Shown here one piece after another: positions 50,656 to 60,476 of a stretch of DNA of 64,000 nt (positions within the stretch are counted from its first letter, which is position 1; each line of letters opens with the position of its first letter). The notes beneath the pieces were generated by a model. The model was not told where the DNA came from and did no database searches. It was given only the letters and a program-made list of their open reading frames with translations. Source of the DNA: an uncultured Chloroflexia bacterium (GTDB taxonomy: Bacteria; Chloroflexota; Anaerolineae; CG2-30-64-16). Made by a program: the position numbers and the translations under genes. The DNA lies in assembly GCA_963774265.1 (NCBI GenBank), contig CAVZDU010000007.1, forward strand, positions 128,001 through 192,000, given 5' to 3'.

Positions 50656-51756
50656 TCATCGTAAGCTCGCCGCCGAGACATCTCGAGGTGGTTGTGCAGC
50701 AGACAGGATCGCTGCAACCAGGTGGCTCGGCTCCAGGCCCGGTGACGCCACCCCGCGTTCCCGGTACACCGCCTCAACCCGTAGCGTGAGGGATGCGGGG
50801 TCAACCTTCTCGCCGCGCAGCGATTGCTCAATTTCGCCAAGCGCCGTGGCTGGCAGGAGCGTGAAGTCTCCGGACAAAACGAGATCATCGATCCTGTTGC
50901 CAACCAGACGCACCGTCGCGCGCACCAATCCGCCCGGCGCCTTGAGTGTTGACTCGCCCACCCGCACATCGGCGTGAATCTTGATCCCGGTTGGGCGCAG
51001 GTCGCCCTTCCGATTGAGCCACTCCTCGGTGACGAATTCCGCGTCGAGGTTCCTGGCCGCGACCTCCTCTGCCGGCGTCAATCTGCCAATAGCGATCTCC
51101 GTGCGCAGCGCCGCGGCCGCTTGATGCAGATACAGCGCCTTGACTCCCTCGCGGTCAGGCGGCGGCTGCACCTGCTCGCTCAGGGTCGTCATGTATTGTT
51201 CCAGGCTTTCAAACACCTTATCGCGCATCTTCTCCGAAGTCACCTTCAGCACGCGCGCCATCGTCGCCTTGTCAAAGTCGAACATGATGCTGCCTACGAG
51301 CACTTCGGCCAGGCCGATCTGCGCCGCACCCGTGCCGCCGATCTTCTTCCCATCGACATGAATATCGTTGACCGGCCGATGGTAGGCATTGACGCCCAGG
51401 GCCTGGTATGTCTCGACGAGCGGCCGGACAAATAGGGCGTACCGGGCATCGAGTGCAGAAGGCAAGTCATAGCGTTGAAAAACCCACTGGACGAAGACCT
51501 GGCCCGAGTCCAGGTAGACCGCACCGCCGCCTACCTCGCGCCGATACACGGGCAGATCGTGATCGCGGCAGTAATCCAGGTCAACCTCTTTGTTGAGGTC
51601 CTGGTGATAACCGATGCACACATACGGGTGCGTTGGACTCACGAGGATGATCGTGCTCGGGCTGGCTGGTGTCAGCGCGTTGGCGACAGCATGGTACACT
51701 GTCTGCGATCGCAGTGGCGAAATATCGCCCAAGTCGAGCAAGCGCACATGCTGCAT
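50656..51756 (-). CDS. Lipoate-protein ligase family protein (catalytic + C-terminal domain)
   Basis: YVCIGYHQ, RREVGGGAVYLD, NDIHVDGKKIGG, KAPGGL, SGDF. Confidence 0.9.
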   Translation of the reverse strand: MQHVRLLDLGDISPLRSQTVYHAVANALTPASPSTIILVSPTHPYVCIGYHQDLNKEVDLDYCRDHDLPVYRREVGGGAVYLDSGQVFVQWVFQRYDLPSALDARYALFVRPLVETYQALGVNAYHRPVNDIHVDGKKIGGTGAAQIGLAEVLVGSIMFDFDKATMARVLKVTSEKMRDKVFESLEQYMTTLSEQVQPPPDREGVKALYLHQAAAALRTEIAIGRLTPAEEVAARNLDAEFVTEEWLNRKGDLRPTGIKIHADVRVGESTLKAPGGLVRATVRLVGNRIDDLVLSGDFTLLPATALGEIEQSLRGEKVDPASLTLRVEAVYRERGVASPGLEPSHLVAAILSAAQPPRDVSAASLR

Positions 51757-51941
51757 GGCGTTGATCCTCAGCGTGTCATGGATTTGGCTCGTTCGTGTCA
51801 GCAAGTATTCAGACCGACCGGCCGCTTTTGGTATATCATAGGGATGCAGCGCAAGCAACCTTGGGCGCGTGCCAACCGTATAATAGTTAGTTGCCGGCGG
51901 AAATTCCGCGTCAGGCAGGGTGGATATGGAGGCAGGAAGAA

Positions 51942-53465
51942 ATGAAAGGTAAATGCAACTCGCAGAGTCCGCTGTTGGTGGCTCTGCTATTGGTGATGTT
52001 AGTGGGTTCGGCTTGTGCGCCGGTGGCGGCGCCGGCGGCGACACCGGCTGCGTCCACAACTGAGGCTCCCCGGGCGTCGTCGCCCGCTGCTCCTACGACA
52101 GAGGCGCCACCGGCGGCGACCACCGCCGCCGAGGCTTCGGGGCAAACAGGGGTCGTCCCTTCCCTGGATGGGCGCTGGGAGGGCGCAATCGAAGTTGCGG
52201 GCCAGAAGATACCGATACGGCTGGAAATCAGTGGTCAGGAAGGCACCGCCGTCTTCCCAAGCCAGAGCGCAGCGGGCCTCCCCCTCGAGAATTTTTCGGC
52301 GCAAGGCAGTGCCATGCACTTCGAAGTCCTGCCGAAACCCCGAACCGCGGTCTTCAGCGGCGAGGTTGAGGGCGACAAGGTAAGCGGCTCCTTCGAACAG
52401 GCCGGCTACAAAGGAACGTTCAGTGTGACACGCGCCAAGGTGGAGCCGAAGGAATACCTGGAGGAAGAAGTCACTTTCAAGAACGGCGCCATCACGTTGG
52501 CAGGAACCCTGACGCTGCCGAAAGACGCCGGCCCTCACCCGGCTGTCGTGCTGATCAGCGGCAGCGGCGGCCAGAATCGTGACGAAGAGCTGTTCGGGTT
52601 CAAACCATTCGCCGTCCTGGCCGACCACCTGACAAAACAGGGCATTGCCGTGTTGCGCTACGACGACCGCGGCATCGGCGGATCGACCCCGGGTACGGCC
52701 GATGACACGTCAGAAACATTTGCGGCGGATGTGCGGGCGGCTGTCGACTATCTAAAAGGCCGCAGCGAGATCAGCGGCTCGCAGGTCGGCCTGTTGGGTC
52801 ACAGCGAGGGCGGCATCATCGCCCCAATGGTGGCTGCTGAGGGCCAGGACATCGCCTTTCTGGTTCTGCTGGCGGGTACGGCTGTGCCGGGCAAAGATGT
52901 GCTGCCCGCGCAAGCCGGCGCCATCACGCTGGCCGGCGGCGCGACGGAGGACGAAGCTAAGGCCAACGTTGCGCTGGAGGAGCGCGTGATCGCTGCGGTG
53001 CTGACGGGCGAAGGCATGGCTGACGTGAAGGCCGAATTGGTCAAGAAATACAAAGCCGCGGCCGAGGCATCGCCAGAGGAGCAGCGCAAGGCGTTGGGCG
53101 ACCTCGATCAGTGGGCCTCACAGGCTGTCGAGAGCCAGTTCGCGCAATTGAGTGGACCCTGGATGAAGTTCTTCCTAACCCACGACCCTGCGGCGGTGCT
53201 CGAGAAGGTGGATGCGCCGGTGCTGGCATTGTTTGGCGGTAAGGACGCCCAGGTGCCTGCAGAGATGAACGAGACGGCCCTTAAGGCCGCGTTGGCTAAG
53301 GGCGGCAACACCGATGTCACGACGAAGGTGTTCCCCGAAGCCAACCACCTCTTCCAGGCCGCGGTGACGGGCAGCCCGAATGAGTACGCGGAACTGAAGC
53401 CCGAGTTCACCCCCGGGTTCCTTGACACGATCAGCGGGTGGATCCTGGCGCACGTGGAGCAATAG
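51942..53465 (+). CDS. Alpha/beta-hydrolase lipoprotein
   Basis: GSAC lipobox, RYDDRG, GHSEGG, KDAQV, NHLF. Confidence 0.9.
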   Translation: MKGKCNSQSPLLVALLLVMLVGSACAPVAAPAATPAASTTEAPRASSPAAPTTEAPPAATTAAEASGQTGVVPSLDGRWEGAIEVAGQKIPIRLEISGQEGTAVFPSQSAAGLPLENFSAQGSAMHFEVLPKPRTAVFSGEVEGDKVSGSFEQAGYKGTFSVTRAKVEPKEYLEEEVTFKNGAITLAGTLTLPKDAGPHPAVVLISGSGGQNRDEELFGFKPFAVLADHLTKQGIAVLRYDDRGIGGSTPGTADDTSETFAADVRAAVDYLKGRSEISGSQVGLLGHSEGGIIAPMVAAEGQDIAFLVLLAGTAVPGKDVLPAQAGAITLAGGATEDEAKANVALEERVIAAVLTGEGMADVKAELVKKYKAAAEASPEEQRKALGDLDQWASQAVESQFAQLSGPWMKFFLTHDPAAVLEKVDAPVLALFGGKDAQVPAEMNETALKAALAKGGNTDVTTKVFPEANHLFQAAVTGSPNEYAELKPEFTPGFLDTISGWILAHVEQ

Positions 53466-53470
53466 TGATG

Positions 53471-53510
53471 CCAGGTGGCCGGCACACCTTCAAAGGTGCC
53501 GGCCACCTGG
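53471..53510. repeat. REP-like palindrome / bidirectional hairpin
   Basis: CCAGGTGGCCGGCAC...GTGCCGGCCACCTGG between convergent genes. Confidence 0.7.
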
Positions 53511-53526
53511 GACACCCATCTCCAAA

Positions 53527-54420
53527 CTACTTGCCCTCAGCCATGAGCGACGCTCGCGCTTCCGCCATCTTCGGCCGGTCGGCTTCAGCCGGCGTGGGGA
53601 ACTTGGGGTCCATTGCTTTCAACTTCTCGCCGATCACGGCGGATATTGCCAGGCGTGTGAACCACCTGCAATCCGCGGGGATGATATACCACGGCGCCCA
53701 GGGCGTGCTGGTCTGCTCGAAGATGTCATCATAGGCTTGCATGTACTGGTCCCAGTACTTGCGCTCTTCGATGTCGGCCGCGTTGAACTTCCAGTTTTTG
53801 TCTGGCGTGTCGATGCGCTCCAACTGCTGCTGCCGCTGTTCCTCTTTGGAGACGTTGAGGTAGATCTTCACGATCTCCGTCCCCTGCTGCACCAGGTACT
53901 TTTCGAAGTTATTGATTTCCTCAAACCGCTGCTTCCACAGGCCGTCGCCGAGCGTGTGGCTGGGCAGGCGCTGCGGGCCCAGGTAGCTCGGATGCACGCG
54001 CACGACGAGCACTTCCTCGTAGTGGGAGCGGTTGAATACGCCGATGCGCCCGCGCTCCGGGAGCGCCCTCACGCAACGCCACAAGTAGTCGTGGTCCAGT
54101 TCCTCTGTCGAAGGCGACTTGAAGCTGCTCACCTGAAAACCGGCCGGATTAACTCCGCTCAAGACATGGGCGATCGCGCTGTCTTTGCCGGCCGCGTCGA
54201 GCGCCTGGATGACAACCAGCAGCGACTGGCGGTTCTCCGCAAATAGTTTTTCCTGGTACTTCGCGATCTGCTCGATGCCTTCTTGCAGGAGTTTCTCGGC
54301 ATCAAGATCGTCCTTCTGGTAGCCCGCAGTGAATCCGGGATCGTAGTCCTTGGCAAGGTTGATCTTACCCGTCGCCGGTACACGCAACTGGCTCACGAGT
54401 TTCTCAAGATTCATGTTCAT
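53527..54420 (-). CDS. ppk2: Polyphosphate kinase 2 family protein
   Basis: QALDAAGKD, HDYLWR, FNRSHYEEV, PWYIIPAD. Confidence 0.92.
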   Translation of the reverse strand: MNMNLEKLVSQLRVPATGKINLAKDYDPGFTAGYQKDDLDAEKLLQEGIEQIAKYQEKLFAENRQSLLVVIQALDAAGKDSAIAHVLSGVNPAGFQVSSFKSPSTEELDHDYLWRCVRALPERGRIGVFNRSHYEEVLVVRVHPSYLGPQRLPSHTLGDGLWKQRFEEINNFEKYLVQQGTEIVKIYLNVSKEEQRQQQLERIDTPDKNWKFNAADIEERKYWDQYMQAYDDIFEQTSTPWAPWYIIPADCRWFTRLAISAVIGEKLKAMDPKFPTPAEADRPKMAEARASLMAEGK

Positions 54421-54489
54421 CTCCTGTGGGTAAAGGTGATAGGTATTCCTTAATGCTTTGAAGATCACTTTCGATTGAGGAGCCCCTGG

Positions 54490-54660
54490 CAAAGATGTTG
54501 ATTGCGCGCCGCGCCGTCATCGGGCTGACTTCGTACAGCTCACAGATCTGAATCTCGAATGGCACGCGGCCGCCCGGCCGGAGGTGTCCCGCCGCGCTCT
54601 GCTGGCGGAGGATGCCCGCGAGCTGAAAGCAGGGCGACTCAAACGAGTCCCGGTCGATGC
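54490..54660 (-). pseudogene. Degenerate GntR-family HTH fragment
   Basis: IDRDSF..QLAGILRQQ..LRPGGRVPFEIQICELYEVSPMTARRAI, with no effector domain. Confidence 0.6.
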
Positions 54661-54895
54661 GCGGTTCTGCAGAATGCTGCGTGCGTGCGGGTTGCGGCGC
54701 CTCGTTCACAATCTCTTACACCCCACCCTTAAAATATCGACCGCCAGAATCATAGCGTGCATCATCCTACCTGACAAGTTGCCTGCGGGACTCATGGCGC
54801 TGGTGGGCCTGGTTGCCACCTGGTTTTTTTACTTTCCGGTTCACATGCATCATACTATTAATTCATCGCTCAAATACGAAAGGGAGGTCATCAGA

Positions 54896-55966
54896 ATGTC
54901 GCTCCATGACTTGGTACCCGCTGGTGTCGTCGTCGGAGATGATGTGCAGAAGGTGTTCGCGTACGCGAAGGCGCATCAGTTTGCGTTGCCCGCTGCGAAT
55001 TGCACCGGGACCAACACGGTCAATGCTTGTCTGGAGACCGCCCGTGATCTGGATGCACCCATGGTCATCCAGTTCTCCAATGGCGGCGCGGCGTTCTACG
55101 CCGGCAAAGCGCTCAGCAATACCGGGCAGCGGGCAGCCATTGCGGGCGCCATCGCCGGGGCCATGCATATCCATCAGCTCGCCGAAGCATACGGCGCACG
55201 GGTGCTGGTGCACACCGACCACTGCGCCAAGAAGTTGCTGCCCTGGGTCGACGGACTGTTGGACGCGGGTGAGGCCTACTACAAGACGCACGGCAAGCCC
55301 CTCTTCAGCTCGCACATGCTGGATCTGTCGGAAGAGCCGCTGCCAGAGCTCGTCGAAACGTGCAAACGCTATCTGGATCGCATGAGCAAAATGGACATGA
55401 CCCTCGAGCTGGAATTGGGCATCACCGGCGGTGAGGAAGATGGTGTGGACAATACCGGTGTAAGCAGCGCTCGTCTCTACACCCAGCCGGAAGAGGTTGC
55501 TTATGCCTATGAGGAGTTGATGAAGGTCAGTCCTCGCTTCACCATCGCGGCTGCCTTCGGCAACGTGCACGGCGTCTACAAGCCGGGTAATGTGAAGTTG
55601 CGCCCGGTGATCCTGCACAATTGCCAGGTCTACATTCAAGGAAAATTCGGCACGCCGGAAAAGCCGCTCAACCTGGTCTTCCACGGCGGCTCAGGTTCGA
55701 CCTTGCAGGAGATTCGCGAGGCGGTCTCTTACGGCGTCGTCAAGATGAACATCGACACCGACTTGCAGTGGGCGCTCTGGGAAGGCATCAAAAACTACTA
55801 CGTCAAGAACGAGGGCTACCTGCAGGGGCAAATCGGCAACCCCGAGGGCCCGGATGAGCCGAACAAGAAGTTCTACGACCCGCGCGCGTGGCTGCGGAAG
55901 GGTGAGGAAAGCTTCAAGGCGCGACTTCAACACGCCTTCGAGGAGCTAGGCTACGTCAAGCAGTAG
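54896..55966 (+). CDS. fbaA: Class II fructose-bisphosphate aldolase (FbaA type)
   Basis: HTDHCAKKLLPW, SSHMLDLS, GGEEDG, FGNVHGVY, VFHGGSG, KMNIDTD, YDPR. Confidence 0.95.
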   Translation: MSLHDLVPAGVVVGDDVQKVFAYAKAHQFALPAANCTGTNTVNACLETARDLDAPMVIQFSNGGAAFYAGKALSNTGQRAAIAGAIAGAMHIHQLAEAYGARVLVHTDHCAKKLLPWVDGLLDAGEAYYKTHGKPLFSSHMLDLSEEPLPELVETCKRYLDRMSKMDMTLELELGITGGEEDGVDNTGVSSARLYTQPEEVAYAYEELMKVSPRFTIAAAFGNVHGVYKPGNVKLRPVILHNCQVYIQGKFGTPEKPLNLVFHGGSGSTLQEIREAVSYGVVKMNIDTDLQWALWEGIKNYYVKNEGYLQGQIGNPEGPDEPNKKFYDPRAWLRKGEESFKARLQHAFEELGYVKQ

Positions 55967-56001
55967 GCGCTAGCAATATCTGCACGCAAGAGATCAGAAT
56001 A

Positions 56002-56038
56002 CAGAGCCCCTGCGAGCATAAGGCGCGGGGGCTCTTTC
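56002..56038 (+). terminator. Probable terminator hairpin
   Basis: AGAGCCCC...GGGGCTCTTT after fbaA. Confidence 0.55.
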
Positions 56039-56068
56039 TATTGTGACCGGCCCACTGCTGGAAAGGGG

Positions 56069-56614
56069 TCAAGCCCGAACCCTTGCGCGTTGTCCCAGGG
56101 CCTTTCGGGCATACTCGCGAAAGAGCTGGATGTCTTCGGGCGACTTGTAGCAGCGTTTGGGCAGGAAGATTCCGACAGAGCCGGGGAGGAATAACATGAA
56201 GTCACCCTCGGTCTCGACGACCCGCGTGAAGGCCGTCCACTCGCCCCCTCCCTCGTGGGTCTTCTCATCCGCGGTGATGCGGATCTCAAACCCGTTTTCA
56301 GTGAAGCTATAGTGAGTGCGTTCGTGAACCTTCTGCTGCTGTGCAACCATCTGCTTGCCCTGCCACAAGAGGGTGCCGTAAATCGCAAGAGGCAGGATGC
56401 CGAACATCAGGATCGGCGCCTGTTCAAGTGCAGCTCGCGAGAGGCCGGCGGTAGGCGTATTTCGAGCCACCATGAAGAGGGCAAAGACGACCGCCAGGGC
56501 GGTGAGCAGTAAGAGCAATTGAAACGGCCGGCGCATCATCAGCATTTGCAACGCGGCGCGGCGGTAATCCGTCAGGTCGGGTACAATGTCAATTTCCACA
56601 GGGGTCTGGGTCAT
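56069..56614 (-). CDS. YcxB-family membrane protein
   Basis: Two TM helices then W..F.RVVET..LPKR. Confidence 0.7.
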   Translation of the reverse strand: MTQTPVEIDIVPDLTDYRRAALQMLMMRRPFQLLLLLTALAVVFALFMVARNTPTAGLSRAALEQAPILMFGILPLAIYGTLLWQGKQMVAQQQKVHERTHYSFTENGFEIRITADEKTHEGGGEWTAFTRVVETEGDFMLFLPGSVGIFLPKRCYKSPEDIQLFREYARKALGQRARVRA

Positions 56615-56698
56615 GTCGTGACTCGTTCATTGCGGTGAGTGCCTCCCGGCCGCGCAGCGCCTTCGCCCAAACGCGGCGCGGGAAGGCGGAACGTATGG

Positions 56699-57857
56699 TC
56701 AGGCTAGAAACTCCACAGCGGACTCGGCAAACGCACGCGCAGCTTCCACCATGGGGGCGATTTCGACAAATTCGTTTGGCTGATGTGCCAGCGTAGGATC
56801 ACCCGGGCCAAAAATAATCGTCGGCACGTTGAGCGCAGGCACGAAGATGGCCGCCTCGGTCGCGAAGCGCACGACTACATGCTGGGGCTCCCAGCCCATA
56901 CCCCGCGCCCGCGGCCGCGATGAAGCGCTGTACCGCGGGGGCGTCTGGCTTCGTTTCGACGGCCGGAATATCGAAGTTGACGGTGAGGGATGCGCGGAAT
57001 CCGGGCCGCCGGCGCTCGTGATCGGCCAGCACCGCCTCGATCTGCCGCCGGATCGCGGCATGATCCTGACCTGGCACGGTGCGCATGTCAATCGTCAAAG
57101 CACACCGGTCAGGCACAACGTTGGTCTTAACCCCACCGTTGATGGTGTTGATGCTCCGCGTGAACGGACCCAGCACCGGATGCGGTGTGAAGGGGATTTC
57201 CATCCGCTCGAACTCTTCGAGCAGGGGCACCATCATCATGATGGCATTCAGCCCCAGGTGAGGCGTTGAGCCGTGCGCGGTTTTGCCATAGGTGGTGATC
57301 TCTGGCCAGAATACGCCGCGCTCCGCGGTTCCCACACCGTTGGACGTAGGCTCCGAAATCAGGATCGCCTGGACGTCACCCAGGATGTCTTTCTCACAGA
57401 CCACCTTTGCGCCGATCATGGACATTTCTTCGCCTGCGGTGCCCGCGATGATCAGGTCCCCGCGCAGGTCAGCGCCAGATTGGACCAGGGCTTTCGCAGC
57501 GACCAGCATGGCCGCCAGGCCGCCCTTCATATCTCCGGAGCCTCGTCCCCACACTTTGCCATCCGCGACCTCGCCGGCGAAGGGCGGATGTGTCCACTCC
57601 TGACCGCCGACGGGGACCACGTCCAGGTGGCCGTTGAACACCAGCCCTGGCTGTCCACCGGAACCTTTGCGCCGGGCGACCACGGTCTTGCGGTTCTCGC
57701 CGTGGGATAGATACTGGGATGTGAAGCCGAGGGGCGCCAGGTAGTCAGCCACATACTCGGCTGCGATCTGTTCGTTGCCGGGCGGATTGGACGTGTTGAA
57801 CCGGATCAGATCACTGCAAACTCGCACCAACTCCGTTTCATCGATGTGATAGGTCAC
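56699..57857 (-). CDS. M20-family metallohydrolase (ArgE/DapE-like), frameshifted near 56910
   Basis: NGHLDVVP, GRGSGDMKGG, AGEE, SEPT, GKTAHGS, then FGPG..AHQPNE in another frame. Confidence 0.9.
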
Positions 57858-57946
57858 TTCGTGGATCCTCCTCGCTTTCTCACCTGCCGAACGGATTCCT
57901 TTAAGGGGCGGCCCTGCACGCGCCACCCCTTAAGGTCTGATGACGA

Positions 57947-58666
57947 CTACGCCTCTATCTTGAACAAACGCAGCATCAGAGCGCCAACAAGCATCGTGCC
58001 CAGGACGGTGATGACGATCGCCCATGCCCCTGGCACCTTCAGCAGGATCGCCCCCAGGCACAAAATGATAGACACGGGGGCGTACTTCCAGCCGCGCAGG
58101 ATGAATTGTCCCCACACCGCGCCGAACACGGCCGGCAGGAGGTACTTGTTGAACGCGTCGAGCAACCAGGGCGGGAAGACCTGCTGGATTGCACCGATCG
58201 CGATCGCGCCGACCAGGATCGCGGGAATGCTGATGAGCACCGAGGTCGCAATGCCCACGGCGGCTACCAGCTCACCCTCCATCGTACCTTCCTTGACGCC
58301 TGCCACTTCCTGGGCCACAGCAGCGCAGGGCACGCGCAGGTTCGAGCCATTGCCCGTTGTGGACACCATGTACCAACCGGCGTTGCCTACAACGGGATAG
58401 TAGGAAATTGGCTCACTGAAATAGAAGGGCACCGCATAGGTCATTGCCAGGGCAAAGCCAGTGGCGATCGTCGACCACGGCGGGAACTGGCCGTAGATGA
58501 CGTAGAGCAGGATTGCCGGCAGGAATAGCGCCAGGAAGACCGCTAAGGCGGTGATTGTGCCTACCCGGTGGACCGGTTTGAGATAGTCTCGTGCGAACAC
58601 TGCGGGGTCGATCCCGCGGTCTGCCTTGGAGCTGGCATGAACGGGCTGTGAGGTAATGGTTGCCAT
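57947..58666 (-). CDS. Membrane protein, partner of DUF5058
   Basis: EPISYYP, GNGSNLRVPCA, LPAVFGA; multi-TM. Confidence 0.7.
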   Translation of the reverse strand: MATITSQPVHASSKADRGIDPAVFARDYLKPVHRVGTITALAVFLALFLPAILLYVIYGQFPPWSTIATGFALAMTYAVPFYFSEPISYYPVVGNAGWYMVSTTGNGSNLRVPCAAVAQEVAGVKEGTMEGELVAAVGIATSVLISIPAILVGAIAIGAIQQVFPPWLLDAFNKYLLPAVFGAVWGQFILRGWKYAPVSIILCLGAILLKVPGAWAIVITVLGTMLVGALMLRLFKIEA

Positions 58667-58678
58667 GATGACTCCTCC

Positions 58679-59380
58679 TTATCCTGCCACGATCTTGCCG
58701 GCCAACATGCCGACGAACATCGCGATCCCCAGCGCCCATTCCTTCAGCCCGGGCCGCTTTATCCAGTCGGACACTTTGAACAGCAGCATCGAAGACACCA
58801 CTGCGACCAGGACCGCTACCAGGTAGCCGCCGCCCTTCCTCGCATTGGTCAAAGAGTAGTAGGTGAAGACCGCGATCATGCCGCACGCGCCGATGACCGC
58901 CAGCAACTTCGGGTCGCCGCCGGTCAGTTTCTCGCGCGCTCTGCCGAGGTAGCGGGTGAAGATGCCTTCCACCGACCAACCCCAGCCCGCGATGTTCATG
59001 ATGAAGACCGCTGCGACAAAGCCGGCCATGGTGAAGTTTGGCGAGCCAAACTGCTCGCCGGCCGCAATGGCTGCGTTCGAGACCTGGGCCAACTCCGTGA
59101 AGACGGAGCCAACGCCCACCGCCTCACGCTGGAACGCCAGGCCGGGGCTGATAGCGACGGCCAGCGCGATCATGACAAAGATGTTCGCGATCACAGGACC
59201 CACGGCGGTAATGGCTGCGCCGCGGATCATGTGGCTCGTTTCCTTAGTCGTGAACCCGTTGGCGTGCATGAAAGATCGGGCCTTGCTCAGGAAGAACCAT
59301 GCCTGATACAGGCCGATCACCGAGGTGATTGCGCCCGCGATCCAGATCCACGGGGCGTTTGCAACCTCTTTCCACTCCAT
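58679..59380 (-). CDS. DUF5058-family membrane protein
   Basis: Multi-TM; GSVFTEL; C-terminal LKEWALGIAM. Confidence 0.7.
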   Translation of the reverse strand: MEWKEVANAPWIWIAGAITSVIGLYQAWFFLSKARSFMHANGFTTKETSHMIRGAAITAVGPVIANIFVMIALAVAISPGLAFQREAVGVGSVFTELAQVSNAAIAAGEQFGSPNFTMAGFVAAVFIMNIAGWGWSVEGIFTRYLGRAREKLTGGDPKLLAVIGACGMIAVFTYYSLTNARKGGGYLVAVLVAVVSSMLLFKVSDWIKRPGLKEWALGIAMFVGMLAGKIVAG

Positions 59381-59714
59381 GATCTTACTCCTCAGGTGGG
59401 GAATCCTGTCTCGCAGTGGTAAGCTGGGCCACAGCTGGCAGTGGCGATAGGACGACGTTCCACTGATGGTGCGCGGATCGCGAGCTTGGCGAAGGTCCTC
59501 CCTTCGAATGGGGTGGGTGGGTGCAGGGCAGCAGGAAGGACGCGAGGTGATTCCATCAGGCAGCAGCCCGATGATGCCTGATGGCGACGATCAAAAAGAA
59601 TCGTATAACTGAATCACTGCGGTGTGTCTCAGCCTGCAGAGCACTATGCGGTAGTCTAAGCAAGTAGTAGTTATTTGGCAAATGCCGCATATCCAATGTG
59701 AAGTCGATTACTTT

Positions 59715-60476
59715 TCAGAACCCGATACTGGCGCCGCCATCGACGGGCAGGACGACCCCAGTGACGAAACGGGCGGCCTGCGAGCTGAGATACACCGCAG
59801 CATAGCCCACATCCATCACTTCACCCAGGCGGCCCGCCGGCGTACGACCCAAAACCTTAAGGAGCCGGGCCTCATCGGTCTGCAGCGCTTGCCGGCTCAT
59901 GGCGGTGTCGATGAAGCCGGGAGCGATGGCGTTGACGCGCACGCCGCGCGGTGAGAGCTCCGTGGCGAGCGCTCGTGTGAGGCCGACGAGCCCCGCCTTT
60001 GCCGCGCTGTATGCTGATACGAGCGGGATGCCGAACAGGGCGGCCATCGAAACGATCATGATGATCGAGCCCTGACCGCGCGCCACCATGCGCGTTGCGC
60101 ACTCCCGGGTCAGGGCATAGGCGCCCGATAGGTGCGTCCCCAGGATCTGCGCCAGCTCCTCATCCGAGGTGCGGATGGCTTGCTTCTTGAGATGCTGGCC
60201 CGCATTATTGACCAGGATACTCAGGGGCCCGGCCTCACGCTCGATCTGCTCCACCAGCGGCGGGATGGATGCCAACTCGGCCAGGTCGTGGCGGATGCCA
60301 CGAGCGGCGGAGCCCAGCTGCGTCTCCGCCACCTGAAGGGTTTGCTCGTTGCGCCCTGTGATGATGACTCGCGCACCGGCTTCGATCAGCGCCTGGCTGA
60401 TCGCCAAACCGATGCCGGATGATCCACCGGTGACGAGTGCGAGTTCGCCATCGAGCCGAAACGCGTCGAGTGCCAT
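59715..60476 (-). CDS. SDR-family oxidoreductase (gluconate 5-dehydrogenase-like)
   Basis: TGGSSGIG, NNAG, YSAAK, VNAIAPG. Confidence 0.9.
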   Translation of the reverse strand: MALDAFRLDGELALVTGGSSGIGLAISQALIEAGARVIITGRNEQTLQVAETQLGSAARGIRHDLAELASIPPLVEQIEREAGPLSILVNNAGQHLKKQAIRTSDEELAQILGTHLSGAYALTRECATRMVARGQGSIIMIVSMAALFGIPLVSAYSAAKAGLVGLTRALATELSPRGVRVNAIAPGFIDTAMSRQALQTDEARLLKVLGRTPAGRLGEVMDVGYAAVYLSSQAARFVTGVVLPVDGGASIGF

